DNA from: Nitrospinales bacterium
GTDB lineage: Bacteria > Nitrospinota > Nitrospinia > Nitrospinales > VA-1
Reading direction: 5' to 3'
NCBI GenBank assembly: GCA_965223795.1
Contig: CBDCXL010000001.1
Span: forward strand, 224,001-288,000
DNA: 64,000 nucleotides
Part shown: positions 31,213-45,461 of the stretch, one piece after another
Position numbering within the stretch: position 1 is the first letter of the stretch
Layout: each line of letters begins with the position of its first letter
The notes under the pieces: generated by a model
Database searches by the model: none
What the model saw: only the letters and a program-made list of their open reading frames with translations
What the model was told of the DNA's origin: nothing
Position numbers and translations under genes: made by a program

Positions 31213-31436
31213 CAAGCCACCTTCAGTTTTTTATAAGCGGGTGTCGAGCTATGCTCGGCCAAGCCACCTTCAGTTTTTTATAAGCGGGTGTCGAGCTATG
31301 CTCGGCCAAGCCACCTTCAGTTTTTTATAAGCGGGTGTCGAGCTATGCTCGGCCAAGCCACCTTCAGTTTTTTTATAAGCGGGTGTCGAGCTATACTCGG
31401 CCAAGCCACCTTCAGTTTTTTTATAAGCGGGTGTCG
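31213..31436 (+). repeat. Tandem array of 47/48-bp units (4 full + 1 partial), no spacers
   Basis: Units start at 31213, 31260, 31307, 31354 and 31402. They differ only in T-run length (6 or 7) and one G>A. Each full unit carries the hairpin GTCGAGC-TAT-GCTCGGC (one mismatch in unit 4). Confidence 0.95.
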
Positions 31437-31590
31437 GGCTTTGCTTGACCTTCCCCCGAAGTGGGGAGAGGGGGTAAAAGTTAAAAGGCTCATTTTTATT
31501 TCTGAGTTCATCCTTCAATGCGGCTTGTCTTGAGCTTCTCGAAGGGCTTAGGGTGACATGAGAACAATCTTGCTACGGTTTTAATCCCCA

Positions 31591-31645
31591 TTTATCCTGT
31601 TCACCCTGTCTCAATGTTTATCTTTGCGGCTTAGCGCGAGGCCGC
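31591..31645. repeat. Other inverted half-copy of the 29182-29300 element
   Basis: 31591-31616 matches the reverse complement of 29211-29236 at 24/26 nt; the ungapped match extends more weakly to 29182. Confidence 0.55.
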
Positions 31646-31711
31646 TTTCCCTGCTCCGCGAGGGGGGCGCAGCAAATCCTTATTTTTTCGAACACAACTC
31701 CTCTTTCCAGC

Positions 31712-31740
31712 TTGACTTTAAGGCCCGCCTGCGTTACTCT
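31712..31740 (+). promoter_or_regulatory. Sigma-70 promoter of the pyr operon
   Basis: TTGACT-17 nt-TACTCT directly upstream of the PyrR binding loop. Confidence 0.6.
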
Positions 31741-31754
31741 GTCTAAAGATTATG

Positions 31755-31790
31755 ATTCCTTTAAGGCGGTCCTGTGAGGCTGCCAAGGGA
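31755..31790 (+). promoter_or_regulatory. PyrR binding loop (pyr attenuator leader RNA)
   Basis: TCCTTTAA-GGC-GGTCCTGTGAGGCT-GCC-AAGG matches the CUUUAA..GUCCNGUGAGGYU consensus. Lies upstream of pyrR. Confidence 0.85.
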
Positions 31791-31824
31791 GAAGCCCGAT
31801 GAGATACTGCAAGGACAGGCACGC

Positions 31825-31864
31825 AACCTCCTGAGCGGAAAGAATCCGCAGGAGGTTTTTTTTT
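31825..31864 (+). terminator. Intrinsic terminator of the pyr attenuator
   Basis: Stem AACCTCCTG...CAGGAGGTT followed by a T run. Confidence 0.85.
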
Positions 31865-31907
31865 GCCCTGCCCTCTTGCCTCCACGCGCCTCCCGCAAAC
31901 TCGGACC

Positions 31908-32447
31908 ATGACTCTAGTCGCACTCAATGCCACGGGAATATCCCGCGCGGTGAACCGCATCGCCCACGAGATCCTGGAAAAAAATCAGGGCGCCGCCAAT
32001 CTGGCCCTGGTGGGCATCCGCACGCGCGGCGCCACGCTGTCGAAACGCCTGCAGGCGAAGATCGCGGAGATCGAAAACGTCACCGTGGACCACGGCATCC
32101 TCGACATCACATTGTACCGGGACGATCTGGGATCGACGGCGAAATTTCCGACGCTGAAAAAGACCGAGATCGCCTTTCCCGTCGAGGGCCGGCACATCGT
32201 GCTGTGCGACGACGTGCTGTACACCGGACGGACGATCCGCGCCGCCATCGACGCGCTGATGGATTTCGGCCGCCCGGCGTCGGTGCAGCTTGCGGTGCTG
32301 ATCGACCGCGGCCACCGGGAACTGCCGATCCGCCCGGATTACGTGGGCAAGAACATCCCGACCGCCAAGGACATGATGGTGCGGGTCCGCCTCAAGGAAG
32401 ACGATTCGCAGGACGATCAGGTGTTTGTTGTCGAACCAACCGGTTGA
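31908..32447 (+). CDS. pyrR: Bifunctional pyr operon regulator / uracil phosphoribosyltransferase
   Basis: RIAHEILEKN, GIRTRG, LDITLYRDDL, DDVLYTGRTIRAA, DRGHRELPIRPDYVGKN. Confidence 0.97.
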   Translation: MTLVALNATGISRAVNRIAHEILEKNQGAANLALVGIRTRGATLSKRLQAKIAEIENVTVDHGILDITLYRDDLGSTAKFPTLKKTEIAFPVEGRHIVLCDDVLYTGRTIRAAIDALMDFGRPASVQLAVLIDRGHRELPIRPDYVGKNIPTAKDMMVRVRLKEDDSQDDQVFVVEPTG

Positions 32448-32453
32448 GCGACG

Positions 32454-33395
32454 ATGCCCCTAAGCGTGAAAAACATTCTGGGAACCCGCGGGATGCTCCG
32501 GGAGGATCTCACGACCATCCTGGACACGGCGGATTCCTTCAAGGAGATCTCCACGCGCGAGATCAAGAAGGTGCCGACGCTGCGCGGCCGCACGGTGATC
32601 AATCTGTTCTTCGAGCCGAGCACGCGCACGCGCACCTCGTTCGAGATCGCCGGCAAGCGGCTGAGCGCGGACGTGATCAACATCTCCGGCTCCACCAGCA
32701 GCACGGTGAAGGGGGAGAACCTGATCGACACCGCGCGCAACCTGGAGGCGATGAACCCGGACATCTTGGTGGTGCGCCACGCCAGTGCCGGGGCCCCCGC
32801 CCTGCTGGCCGATTTCGTGAACTGCCCGATCATCAACGCCGGCGACGGCGCGCACGAGCACCCGACCCAGGCGCTGCTGGACCTGCTGACGATCCGCGAG
32901 CACAAGGGCAAGCTGGAGGGGCTCAAGGTGGCGATCGTCGGCGACATCCTGCACAGCCGGGTGACGCGCTCGAACATCCACGCTATGAAGACGCTGGGCA
33001 TGCAGGTGACGCTGGCCGGGCCGGCGACGCTGATGCCGTACGGCATCGAGCAACTGGGCGTGCGGGTGTGCCACGACCTGACCGAAGCGATCCGCGACGT
33101 GGACGTCATCATGATGCTGCGCATCCAGCAGGAGCGGCAGAACAAGTTCCATCTGGCCGGTCTCAGGGAATACGCCAACCTGTTCGGCCTCACAACCGCC
33201 CGGCTGAAGGATGCGCGGGACGATGTGCTGATCGTCCATCCCGGTCCGGTGAACCGGGGCATCGAGATCGCGCTGGACGTGATGGAAGGGCCGCATTCGG
33301 TGATTCTCAATCAGGTCACGAATGGGGTGGCGGTGCGCATGGCGCTCATGTATCTTCTTCTGGGCGAGACCAGGGAAGAACTCACGCAGGTCTGA
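32454..33395 (+). CDS. pyrB: Aspartate carbamoyltransferase catalytic subunit
   Basis: [44 protein letters not shown]. Confidence 0.97.
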   Translation: MPLSVKNILGTRGMLREDLTTILDTADSFKEISTREIKKVPTLRGRTVINLFFEPSTRTRTSFEIAGKRLSADVINISGSTSSTVKGENLIDTARNLEAMNPDILVVRHASAGAPALLADFVNCPIINAGDGAHEHPTQALLDLLTIREHKGKLEGLKVAIVGDILHSRVTRSNIHAMKTLGMQVTLAGPATLMPYGIEQLGVRVCHDLTEAIRDVDVIMMLRIQQERQNKFHLAGLREYANLFGLTTARLKDARDDVLIVHPGPVNRGIEIALDVMEGPHSVILNQVTNGVAVRMALMYLLLGETREELTQV

Positions 33396-33405
33396 CGAAT
33401 TTTTT

Positions 33406-34701
33406 ATGAAAACACTGATTAAAAATGGCCGTGTGATCGACCCCGCCAACGGGCGGGACGGGCTGTTCGATGTGCTGATCGAAAACGGGACGATCGCCGC
33501 GGTCGAGAAAAAGGGCAAGGTGAGCGCGGCGAAGGCCAAATCGGCGGCGGTGATCGACGCGGCGGGCAAGGTGGTGGCGCCGGGGTTCATCGACATGCAC
33601 GTGCATTTCCGCGAGCCGGGGTTCGAATACAAGGAAACCATCGAGAGCGGCTGCCAGTCCGCGGCGGCGGGCGGATTCACCGCGGTGGCGGTGATGCCCA
33701 ACACCAACCCGGTCAACGACACGCGTTCGGTCACGGAGCTGATGCTGGCGCGGGCAAGGGAAAAAGGCATCGTGCGGGTGTATCCCATCGGCGCGATCAC
33801 CCTGGGGCTCAAGGGCGAAGCGCTCACCGAGATGGGCGATCTCAAGGAAGCGGGCGTGGTGGGGTTCTCGGACGACGGCCGGCCGGTGATGAACAACGAG
33901 CTGATGCGCCGCGCCTTCGAGTACAGCCGCATGTTCGGCCTGCCCTGCATCCAGCACAGCGAGATCCTCGATCTCACCGAGGGCGGCTCGATGAACGAGG
34001 GGCTGGTCTCCACCGAGCTGGGGCTCAAGGGCATGCCCACGGAAGCGGAGGACATCATGGTGTACCGCGATATCGCCCTGCTGAGGAAAACCGGCGGCAA
34101 ACTGCACGTGGCGCACATTTCCAGCGCCGGGGCGGTGGAGCTGGTGCGGCTGGCCAAGGCGAAGGGGCTGCCGGTCACCTGCGAGGTGGCGCCGCATCAT
34201 TTCACGCTCACCGATGAAGCGGTGCGCGGTTTCGACACCAACACGAAAATGAGCCCGCCGCTCAGGACGCAGGAGGACATTGAAGCCATCAAGGAAGGGC
34301 TGAAGGATGATACGATAGACATTATCGCCACCGACCACGCGCCGCACGACGTGACGGACAAGCAGGTGGAGTTCGACCGCGCCTGTTTCGGGATCGTCGG
34401 GCTGGAAACGGCGCTGCCGCTCACGCTGGGCCTGGTGGAGGAAGGCGTCCTGACGCTGGCGAGAGCGGTGGAAAAGCTGACGTCGCGGCCCGCGGAAATT
34501 TTCGGCCTGGAGCAAGGATCGCTGGGCGAAGGCAGGGACGCGGATGTGGTGGTTTTCGATCCTGAGGACGAATACGTGATCGATGTTTCGCAGTTCAAAT
34601 CCAAAAGCAAGAATTCTCCCTATCACGGCTGGAAGGTCAAGGGGCGCGTGCTCCACACCCTCGTCGGCGGAACAACGGTGTATTCCGCCCCCTCCCGATG
34701 A
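33406..34701 (+). CDS. pyrC: Dihydroorotase
   Basis: PGFIDMHVHFREPG, MPNTNP, CEVAPHH, KMSPPLR, IATDHAPH. Confidence 0.96.
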   Translation: MKTLIKNGRVIDPANGRDGLFDVLIENGTIAAVEKKGKVSAAKAKSAAVIDAAGKVVAPGFIDMHVHFREPGFEYKETIESGCQSAAAGGFTAVAVMPNTNPVNDTRSVTELMLARAREKGIVRVYPIGAITLGLKGEALTEMGDLKEAGVVGFSDDGRPVMNNELMRRAFEYSRMFGLPCIQHSEILDLTEGGSMNEGLVSTELGLKGMPTEAEDIMVYRDIALLRKTGGKLHVAHISSAGAVELVRLAKAKGLPVTCEVAPHHFTLTDEAVRGFDTNTKMSPPLRTQEDIEAIKEGLKDDTIDIIATDHAPHDVTDKQVEFDRACFGIVGLETALPLTLGLVEEGVLTLARAVEKLTSRPAEIFGLEQGSLGEGRDADVVVFDPEDEYVIDVSQFKSKSKNSPYHGWKVKGRVLHTLVGGTTVYSAPSR

Positions 34702-34720
34702 TCCTATCCCGGTTTAAGGC

Positions 34721-35836
34721 ATGAAAGCGGTACTGGCACTGGCGGACGGCAGGACATTCACAGGCACCTCCTTCGGCGCGGAAGGCGAGGTCGAGGCGGA
34801 AGTGGTGTTCAACACCAGCATGTGCGGCTACCAGGAGGTGCTCACGGACCCGTCCTACTGCGGCCAGATGGTGGTGATGACCTACCCGCTCATCGGCAAT
34901 TACGGCGTCAATCCCGAGGACTTCGAATCGGCGCGGCCGCATCTCAAGGGTTTCATCATCCGCGAGCTGAGCGGGATTCCCAGCAATTGGCGCTCGCAGG
35001 GGACGCTGGATCAATTTCTCAAAAATTACGGCATTGTCGGCATCCAGGGCGTGGACACGCGCGCGCTGACGCGCCACATCCGCGACGCCGGGGCGCAGCA
35101 GGCGGTGATCTCCACGCGCACGTCGGATGTGAAAAAGCTGGTCGAGCGCGCCCGCAAATCGCCGAGCCTGGTCGGGCAGGACCTGGTGCGGGAAGTCTCC
35201 TGTCAAACGGCGTATTCCTGGACCGAGGGGGAAAAGAGCCTCAACGGCGCCGCCGGAGAGCCGGCGCAGCCCGGCGATTTTTCGGTGGTGGCGTACGATT
35301 TCGGGGTCAAGCGCAACATCCTCAGGATGCTGGTGGACGCCGGCTGCCGGGTGCAGGTGGTGCCCGCTTCCACGCCGGCGAAGGACGTGCTCGCCATGCA
35401 GCCGGACGGCATTTTCCTGTCCAACGGTCCGGGGGACCCGGCGGCCGTCTCCTATGCGGTTGAGAATGTGCGGCGGCTGGTCGATAAGGTTCCTGTATTC
35501 GGAATCTGCCTGGGCCACCAGATCCTCACCCTGGCGCTGGGGGCGCGCACCTACAAACTGCGGTTCGGCCACCACGGCGGCAACCAGCCGGTGATGGATC
35601 TGACCACCCGCAAGGTGGAGATCACCTCGCAGAACCACGGGTTCGCGGTGGACGGCGATTCCGTGGCCAAAGACGTGGAGGTGATCTCGGTCAACCTCAA
35701 CGACGACACGGTGGAGGGCATCCGCCACAGGGCCCTGCCCGTGTTTTCGGTGCAGTACCATCCTGAAGCCTCGCCCGGTCCCCACGATTCGGGCCACCTT
35801 TTCCAGCGGTTCGTGGAGATGATGAAAGGACACTGA
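34721..35836 (+). CDS. carA: Carbamoyl-phosphate synthase small chain
   Basis: [38 protein letters not shown]. Confidence 0.97.
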   Translation: MKAVLALADGRTFTGTSFGAEGEVEAEVVFNTSMCGYQEVLTDPSYCGQMVVMTYPLIGNYGVNPEDFESARPHLKGFIIRELSGIPSNWRSQGTLDQFLKNYGIVGIQGVDTRALTRHIRDAGAQQAVISTRTSDVKKLVERARKSPSLVGQDLVREVSCQTAYSWTEGEKSLNGAAGEPAQPGDFSVVAYDFGVKRNILRMLVDAGCRVQVVPASTPAKDVLAMQPDGIFLSNGPGDPAAVSYAVENVRRLVDKVPVFGICLGHQILTLALGARTYKLRFGHHGGNQPVMDLTTRKVEITSQNHGFAVDGDSVAKDVEVISVNLNDDTVEGIRHRALPVFSVQYHPEASPGPHDSGHLFQRFVEMMKGH

Positions 35837-35838
35837 AT

Positions 35839-36705
35839 TTGAAAGAGCAATACGATGCGCTGATCGAGTCCATCACCCGCGACCGCTACGACATCCTGGA
35901 GGCGCGCAAGGAATACCAGAAGCATTCGGGCGAGATCTACGAGGACGACAAATCCTACGAGGCGCGCATGGGCATGTTTCTCGAATGGTTCGTCTTCGAC
36001 CGGCTGCTGCCCGGCACGCAGAACACCCTGCTCGAAAAGCTGCTGCAGGGGAACGGTGCGGGCTGGGCGCCGCACGAACGCCGGGCGTATGAAACCTTCT
36101 CCGGCAGCGTCCACGGCCTGTTCATTCCCAAGAAGATCAAGGATACGTACGTGGTGGTGCTCAATCTGTTCGACAACACCAAGTACACGGTGAAAGAGAA
36201 CCAGGGAAAGATTCTGTTCAACAAGGACGATATATTCGAAGGCCGCCTGGTGCCGATGGGTGAGGATTATTTCTTTTCCGGCTGCTTCTGCTTTCATCCC
36301 GACGGCGCGGGCAGGTACATCCGCGACAAGGTCAAAGCCATCGTGGCGGTGCAGGAAGGGCACAAAAAGACGCTCAAGGGCCTCAACTCGAATCTGAACT
36401 CGTGCGAATCGCGCATGGATAAAAACGCGCGCGAGATCGACAAGCTCAACGCCAAGATCGCGAAAACCGACGCCGAAGCCAAACTGAAATCGCTGAACGA
36501 GAAGCTCGATGCCTTAAAAACGGTGCGGTCGGAACTGCATCAGGAAAAATCGGCGCTGGAAAGCGACAAGCAGCATCTGGAAACGCAGAAAATGAAGATC
36601 GAGTTCCGCGAGGCCTGCAACCTGCTGATGCAGCGACTGGGCTACATGAACCTCAAGTGGGAGCGTTCCCGCCAGATCGACCTCAACGACATCTACCGGG
36701 ACTGA
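35839..36705 (+). CDS. Hypothetical protein with C-terminal coiled coil, between carA and carB
   Basis: 288-aa ORF with 2-nt gaps to carA and carB and host-like codon usage. Confidence 0.75.
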   Translation: MKEQYDALIESITRDRYDILEARKEYQKHSGEIYEDDKSYEARMGMFLEWFVFDRLLPGTQNTLLEKLLQGNGAGWAPHERRAYETFSGSVHGLFIPKKIKDTYVVVLNLFDNTKYTVKENQGKILFNKDDIFEGRLVPMGEDYFFSGCFCFHPDGAGRYIRDKVKAIVAVQEGHKKTLKGLNSNLNSCESRMDKNAREIDKLNAKIAKTDAEAKLKSLNEKLDALKTVRSELHQEKSALESDKQHLETQKMKIEFREACNLLMQRLGYMNLKWERSRQIDLNDIYRD

Positions 36706-36707
36706 CC

Positions 36708-39944
<3,237 letters not shown>

Positions 39945-40167
39945 ATCATTTTGCCCTCTTCCTTACAGGTAGAGGACATATTATGTGATTCGAGTGCTTT
40001 GATGAGTGAGAATGTGACAGAAAACGATGAAAGTATTTTGTGTCCACTCCCTTTGATGAATGGATTATGGAATTTGAATTGGAAAATGAGTTTTATCGTA
40101 AAACCTGATCGTGAATCGGGGTGAAGTCCATGGGACTCGCATTTATTAAGTATTAAAACAATATGAG

Positions 40168-40205
40168 CCGGGTTTCCTGGCACCTGTCAGCGACAAGAAA
40201 CCCGG
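40168..40205. terminator. Hairpin between convergent carB and the 40285-40680 gene (possible terminator)
   Basis: CCGGGTTTC...GAAACCCGG inverted repeat. Confidence 0.35.
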
Positions 40206-40284
40206 TTGTGGAACTTTCAAAGTAATGATTGAAGTTCTTCATAAACTCCAGTATTAAAAAATGGAAATTTTAATGGCAGCGGTT

Positions 40285-40680
40285 TTAGCGCAAGTTCCTT
40301 CCAAAATTAGCCGAGGGTGCCCGACCCATTGGTGCCGTTGCCTTAGGAGTTTTTCTCACGGTGGCATTTGATGAGCCATTGCCATAGAAGAAACCTCCTT
40401 TTCCAATTCTGCTGAATTTGTCTCCTTTCACCACTCCATCGAGCCGCTTGTTTTTGCAATAGGGACCTGTCGCAGATTGTCCACAAGCGCTGCCGGTGGG
40501 ACAGCTGACACAAATTTGAGTCCCCGGAACACAACAATATTGGTACACAACGCCTCTGCTCCCTGAGTTTCCTGCTGCGTTCACAATTGTCGGGATTGAT
40601 AATAAAATCATGAGAAGAAACATGGTTCCTTTGATTTTCAGATCGAACAACTTATAAAATGATTTTTTTGCAGTATTCAT
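40285..40680 (-). CDS. Small secreted Cys-rich basic protein in an AT-rich islet
   Basis: Hydrophobic signal-like segment ending VNA, 6 Cys in CCVPGTQICVSCPTGSACGQSATGPYC, RBS GGGGGA. Confidence 0.6.
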   Translation of the reverse strand: MNTAKKSFYKLFDLKIKGTMFLLMILLSIPTIVNAAGNSGSRGVVYQYCCVPGTQICVSCPTGSACGQSATGPYCKNKRLDGVVKGDKFSRIGKGGFFYGNGSSNATVRKTPKATAPMGRAPSANFGRNLR

Positions 40681-41237
40681 TTTTGTCCCCCTTATTAAGG
40701 TGTGATCAACGAAAAAGCTTGAAATATTTTGTTAAGCCGTTATTGGCCTAGAGTCTAAAATGCAATTGACATGCCTAAACGGGAGAGAAATTTATTCTGT
40801 TTGTTTGCAATATTTTAAGCATAACGATTCATCGATTTATTTTATAAATGTGCATGGACCATGCATAGGACCATGCATGTTTTCATGGAAGCTGTGAAGC
40901 AAAGGTGACTTGTTTCGGCAACCTTGACGAATGATAAAAAAAATTTTTCCAAGTGGCAGGAATGCAATGCAACCAGCAATCAACTTATTTGATCAGTAAG
41001 TGCGTTATGTATACAAGTACCGGCATGGCGGGTAGGAAGAGTCTGGAAATTATTGTAGAGGCGGGTTTTCCAAAAATACTAATCTTAAAAAAAAGGATAA
41101 GGAGGTAGCCATGATTTAGGTCAAAGCAGTATCAGCTTTTTCCCTTTGCATCTTCTCGGATTTGCGCAAGACCACCTCTGCTTTTATCCCGCCTTGATCC
41201 TGTCAATCCTGTCTAATTATTTATCTGAAGCTTTGCG

Positions 41238-43224
<1,987 letters not shown>

Positions 43225-43306
43225 AACGGCCCGTAATGCAGGGTTTTGTAATAACCAGCGACGAATCGCCATGAAGGTAGTCTGGCTATATCGCGACTTT
43301 ATGGAG

Positions 43307-43328
43307 ATCCTGTCACAATCCTGTCACA
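43307..43328. promoter_or_regulatory. 11-bp direct repeat, Pho-box/OmpR-family operator-like
   Basis: ATCCTGTCACA twice, i.e. CTGTCAC-AATC-CTGTCAC. Confidence 0.5.
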
Positions 43329-43407
43329 TTCCCCGGCGGGCTGAAACGGGTGTCCGCTTTTACAGTGTTTTAGGGAAGAGGCTTCGGAGCGCGGAAGGGA
43401 TACGGGG

Positions 43408-44352
43408 TCAGCGGTCGGCAGGCAGGGTGCGCATGGCGGTGGTCCTGGCTGGAGAGGGACCGGGCGCGGACTGGAACGGCCGCGGGCGGTAGGCGGGGTT
43501 GGTCCTGCGGGAGCGCACGAGCTGTCCTTTGGCGAATTCGGTGCCGGCCATGATGGCGGCGATGGCAAACCGTGCCTGCACCTGACGGACGCGCACCACG
43601 CCCTGGCGGGTGAAACGGCCGCCCAGGTCCTGTTTGCTGAAGGGATCGGTCTGGTTCAGGACGACGGAATAGACGGTGAAGTCGTCGCCGAAACCGACGC
43701 CGTTCTCGCGGCCGAGGTTGATGAGGATTTCCTTGTTTTCCATGTCCACGGCGATCACTTCCCCTTCGAGCGGCAGGACGTAGAGGGTGTGGGTGATGAA
43801 ATCGCTGATCTGGCGGTTGAGTTCGAGCAGGGTTTTGCCGATGGAGGTGCGCTGAAACGCGGCGTCGGTGAAATCCAGCCGGGTGCCGTCGAACTCGAAG
43901 GGAATCACGCCGGAGATGGATTCGGCGTCGAACCGCTTGCGGGCGAGGGACTCTTTGGCGTGATGGCTGAGGATCTCGATCTCGATGGCGATCTCGGCGC
44001 GCTGCTTGATGGTTTCCGGCGCATCGAACACTTTCTGTGCCTTGGTGGGCGGTTCGCCCGGATCGAACTTCAGCACGTTGCCGCGGATGAGGTACTGCAC
44101 CGGGTGGCGCATCGCGCCTGCGCCGGCGTCGCCTTTTTTGGGCACCGGCAGGAGGTGGAAGGTTCCGCTTTCCCGCACGGAATGCTCGAGCATGCGCTTC
44201 ACCAGCGGACCGGGCGCGTAGGCGGCGGTCCATCCGGCGGGATTGGCGACGGGCAGGATGGAGAGCTTGTTTTTATACTGCGCGGGCGCGGATTCGGCCG
44301 TCGCCAGGCAAATCAAAAGTGCGGTGAAAAATCCGGTTTGAAATCGTCGCAA
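43408..44352 (-). CDS. Secreted CsgG/FlgT-like protein
   Basis: Signal peptide, TolB-N/CsgG-like core, C-terminal FlgT-like motif LEGEVIAV..ILINLGRENGVGFGDDF. Confidence 0.6.
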   Translation of the reverse strand: MRRFQTGFFTALLICLATAESAPAQYKNKLSILPVANPAGWTAAYAPGPLVKRMLEHSVRESGTFHLLPVPKKGDAGAGAMRHPVQYLIRGNVLKFDPGEPPTKAQKVFDAPETIKQRAEIAIEIEILSHHAKESLARKRFDAESISGVIPFEFDGTRLDFTDAAFQRTSIGKTLLELNRQISDFITHTLYVLPLEGEVIAVDMENKEILINLGRENGVGFGDDFTVYSVVLNQTDPFSKQDLGGRFTRQGVVRVRQVQARFAIAAIMAGTEFAKGQLVRSRRTNPAYRPRPFQSAPGPSPARTTAMRTLPADR

Positions 44353-44379
44353 AACAGCCTCCCGGTAGCGTTCACCCTT

Positions 44380-44406
44380 ATATCGTCGCGCCCTTTGAAA
44401 ATCTGA
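44380..44406 (-). promoter_or_regulatory. Possible sigma-28 promoter
   Basis: Minus strand TCAG-N15-GACGATAT versus consensus TAAA-N15-GCCGATAA, upstream of the FlgT-like gene. Confidence 0.3.
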
Positions 44407-44555
44407 ACCTTGCGGACCGGGATTTACGGATTTAAATGGCCGCTGTGCGGTTTTCCGGCTTTATCGCCGGAAGGAAACGGCCGTTCGCGGGTCCGGCTTG
44501 CGCGTGCGGTTATGAACTCTTGACCCGCTTCGCTTCGGTACGTACAATCATTGTC

Positions 44556-45398
44556 ATGAAACAATGGCTTGCCTTTTTATTCTGCTGCGTGTTCGCCTTG
44601 CCTCTCCCCTCCTGGTCGGAAACCGAGCCCGATGACATGGTCTGGATCCCCGAAGGTTGTTTCATGATGGGGACCGACAAGGTGTATTATTACGAAGCCC
44701 TGGACGAGAACCTCCGCGAGCGGCCGCTGCACGAGGTGTGCGTGGACGGATTCTGGCTGGAAAAGACGGAGGTGCCGCAATATAAATGGAACGACGTGAT
44801 GCAGTACAACAATGCCACGTTCCAGGAACCCGAACTGCCGATCACCGGAATCACCTGGAAGGAAGCGGTGGATTACTGCACCCGCATCGGCCGCAGGCTG
44901 CCCACGGAGGCGGAATGGGAATACGCGGCGCGGGCGGGCAGCCTGACGGAAAACCCCTGGGGCGACGGCATCGACCGGGAGCATTTGTGGTACCTGGGGA
45001 ATTCGCGGCGCAAACTGTCTCCGGTCGGGATGAAGAAACCCAACGCCTTCGGCCTGCACGACATGATGGGAAGCGTCTGGGAATGGGTGGAGGACTGGTA
45101 TTCGGAAAACTTTTACAAGGTCAGCCCGAAGAACAACCCCAGGGGTCCCGAGCGGGGCAGCTTTCACGTCATCCGCGGCGCGTCCTGGGTCGATGACGAG
45201 GATGCCATCCGCGTCATGGTGCGGCAACCCGGACTGGCGGACCACACGCTGGAATACTGGGTGGGCGTGCGCTGCGCGATGACCCCCGGCAAAAAGGAAG
45301 GTAAGGCAGAAGTTAAAGAGGACGTCAAAAAAGAAAACAAACAGGACAGCGAAAAAGACAAAAAAGAGGCTCCCAAAGACAGCAAAAAAGAAAACTGA
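44556..45398 (+). CDS. Formylglycine-generating enzyme (SUMF1/FGE-sulfatase) fold protein, secreted
   Basis: FMMG, ERPLHEV, RLPTEAEWEYAARAG, PNAFGLHDMMGSVWEWVEDWY, RGASW. K/D/E-rich tail. Confidence 0.88.
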   Translation: MKQWLAFLFCCVFALPLPSWSETEPDDMVWIPEGCFMMGTDKVYYYEALDENLRERPLHEVCVDGFWLEKTEVPQYKWNDVMQYNNATFQEPELPITGITWKEAVDYCTRIGRRLPTEAEWEYAARAGSLTENPWGDGIDREHLWYLGNSRRKLSPVGMKKPNAFGLHDMMGSVWEWVEDWYSENFYKVSPKNNPRGPERGSFHVIRGASWVDDEDAIRVMVRQPGLADHTLEYWVGVRCAMTPGKKEGKAEVKEDVKKENKQDSEKDKKEAPKDSKKEN

Positions 45399-45461
45399 CT
45401 GCATCGCGCCCGGCCGGATTCCGCAATCCGCCGTCCTATCCCCATTCCACGCACATCCACC

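Noticed and set aside
31213..31436. CRISPR array
   Set aside because: The units are head-to-tail identical with no unique spacers, and there are no cas genes in the window.
31270..31533. Short ORFs across the tandem array
   Set aside because: They are translations of the 47/48-bp repeat with no RBS or coding signal.
29182..31645. Autonomous IS or composite transposon
   Set aside because: No transposase or integrase, and no clear target-site duplication.
44556..45398. Active formylglycine-generating enzyme or DGR target
   Set aside because: The catalytic Cys pair motif is not evident, and I saw no reverse transcriptase or template repeat in the window.
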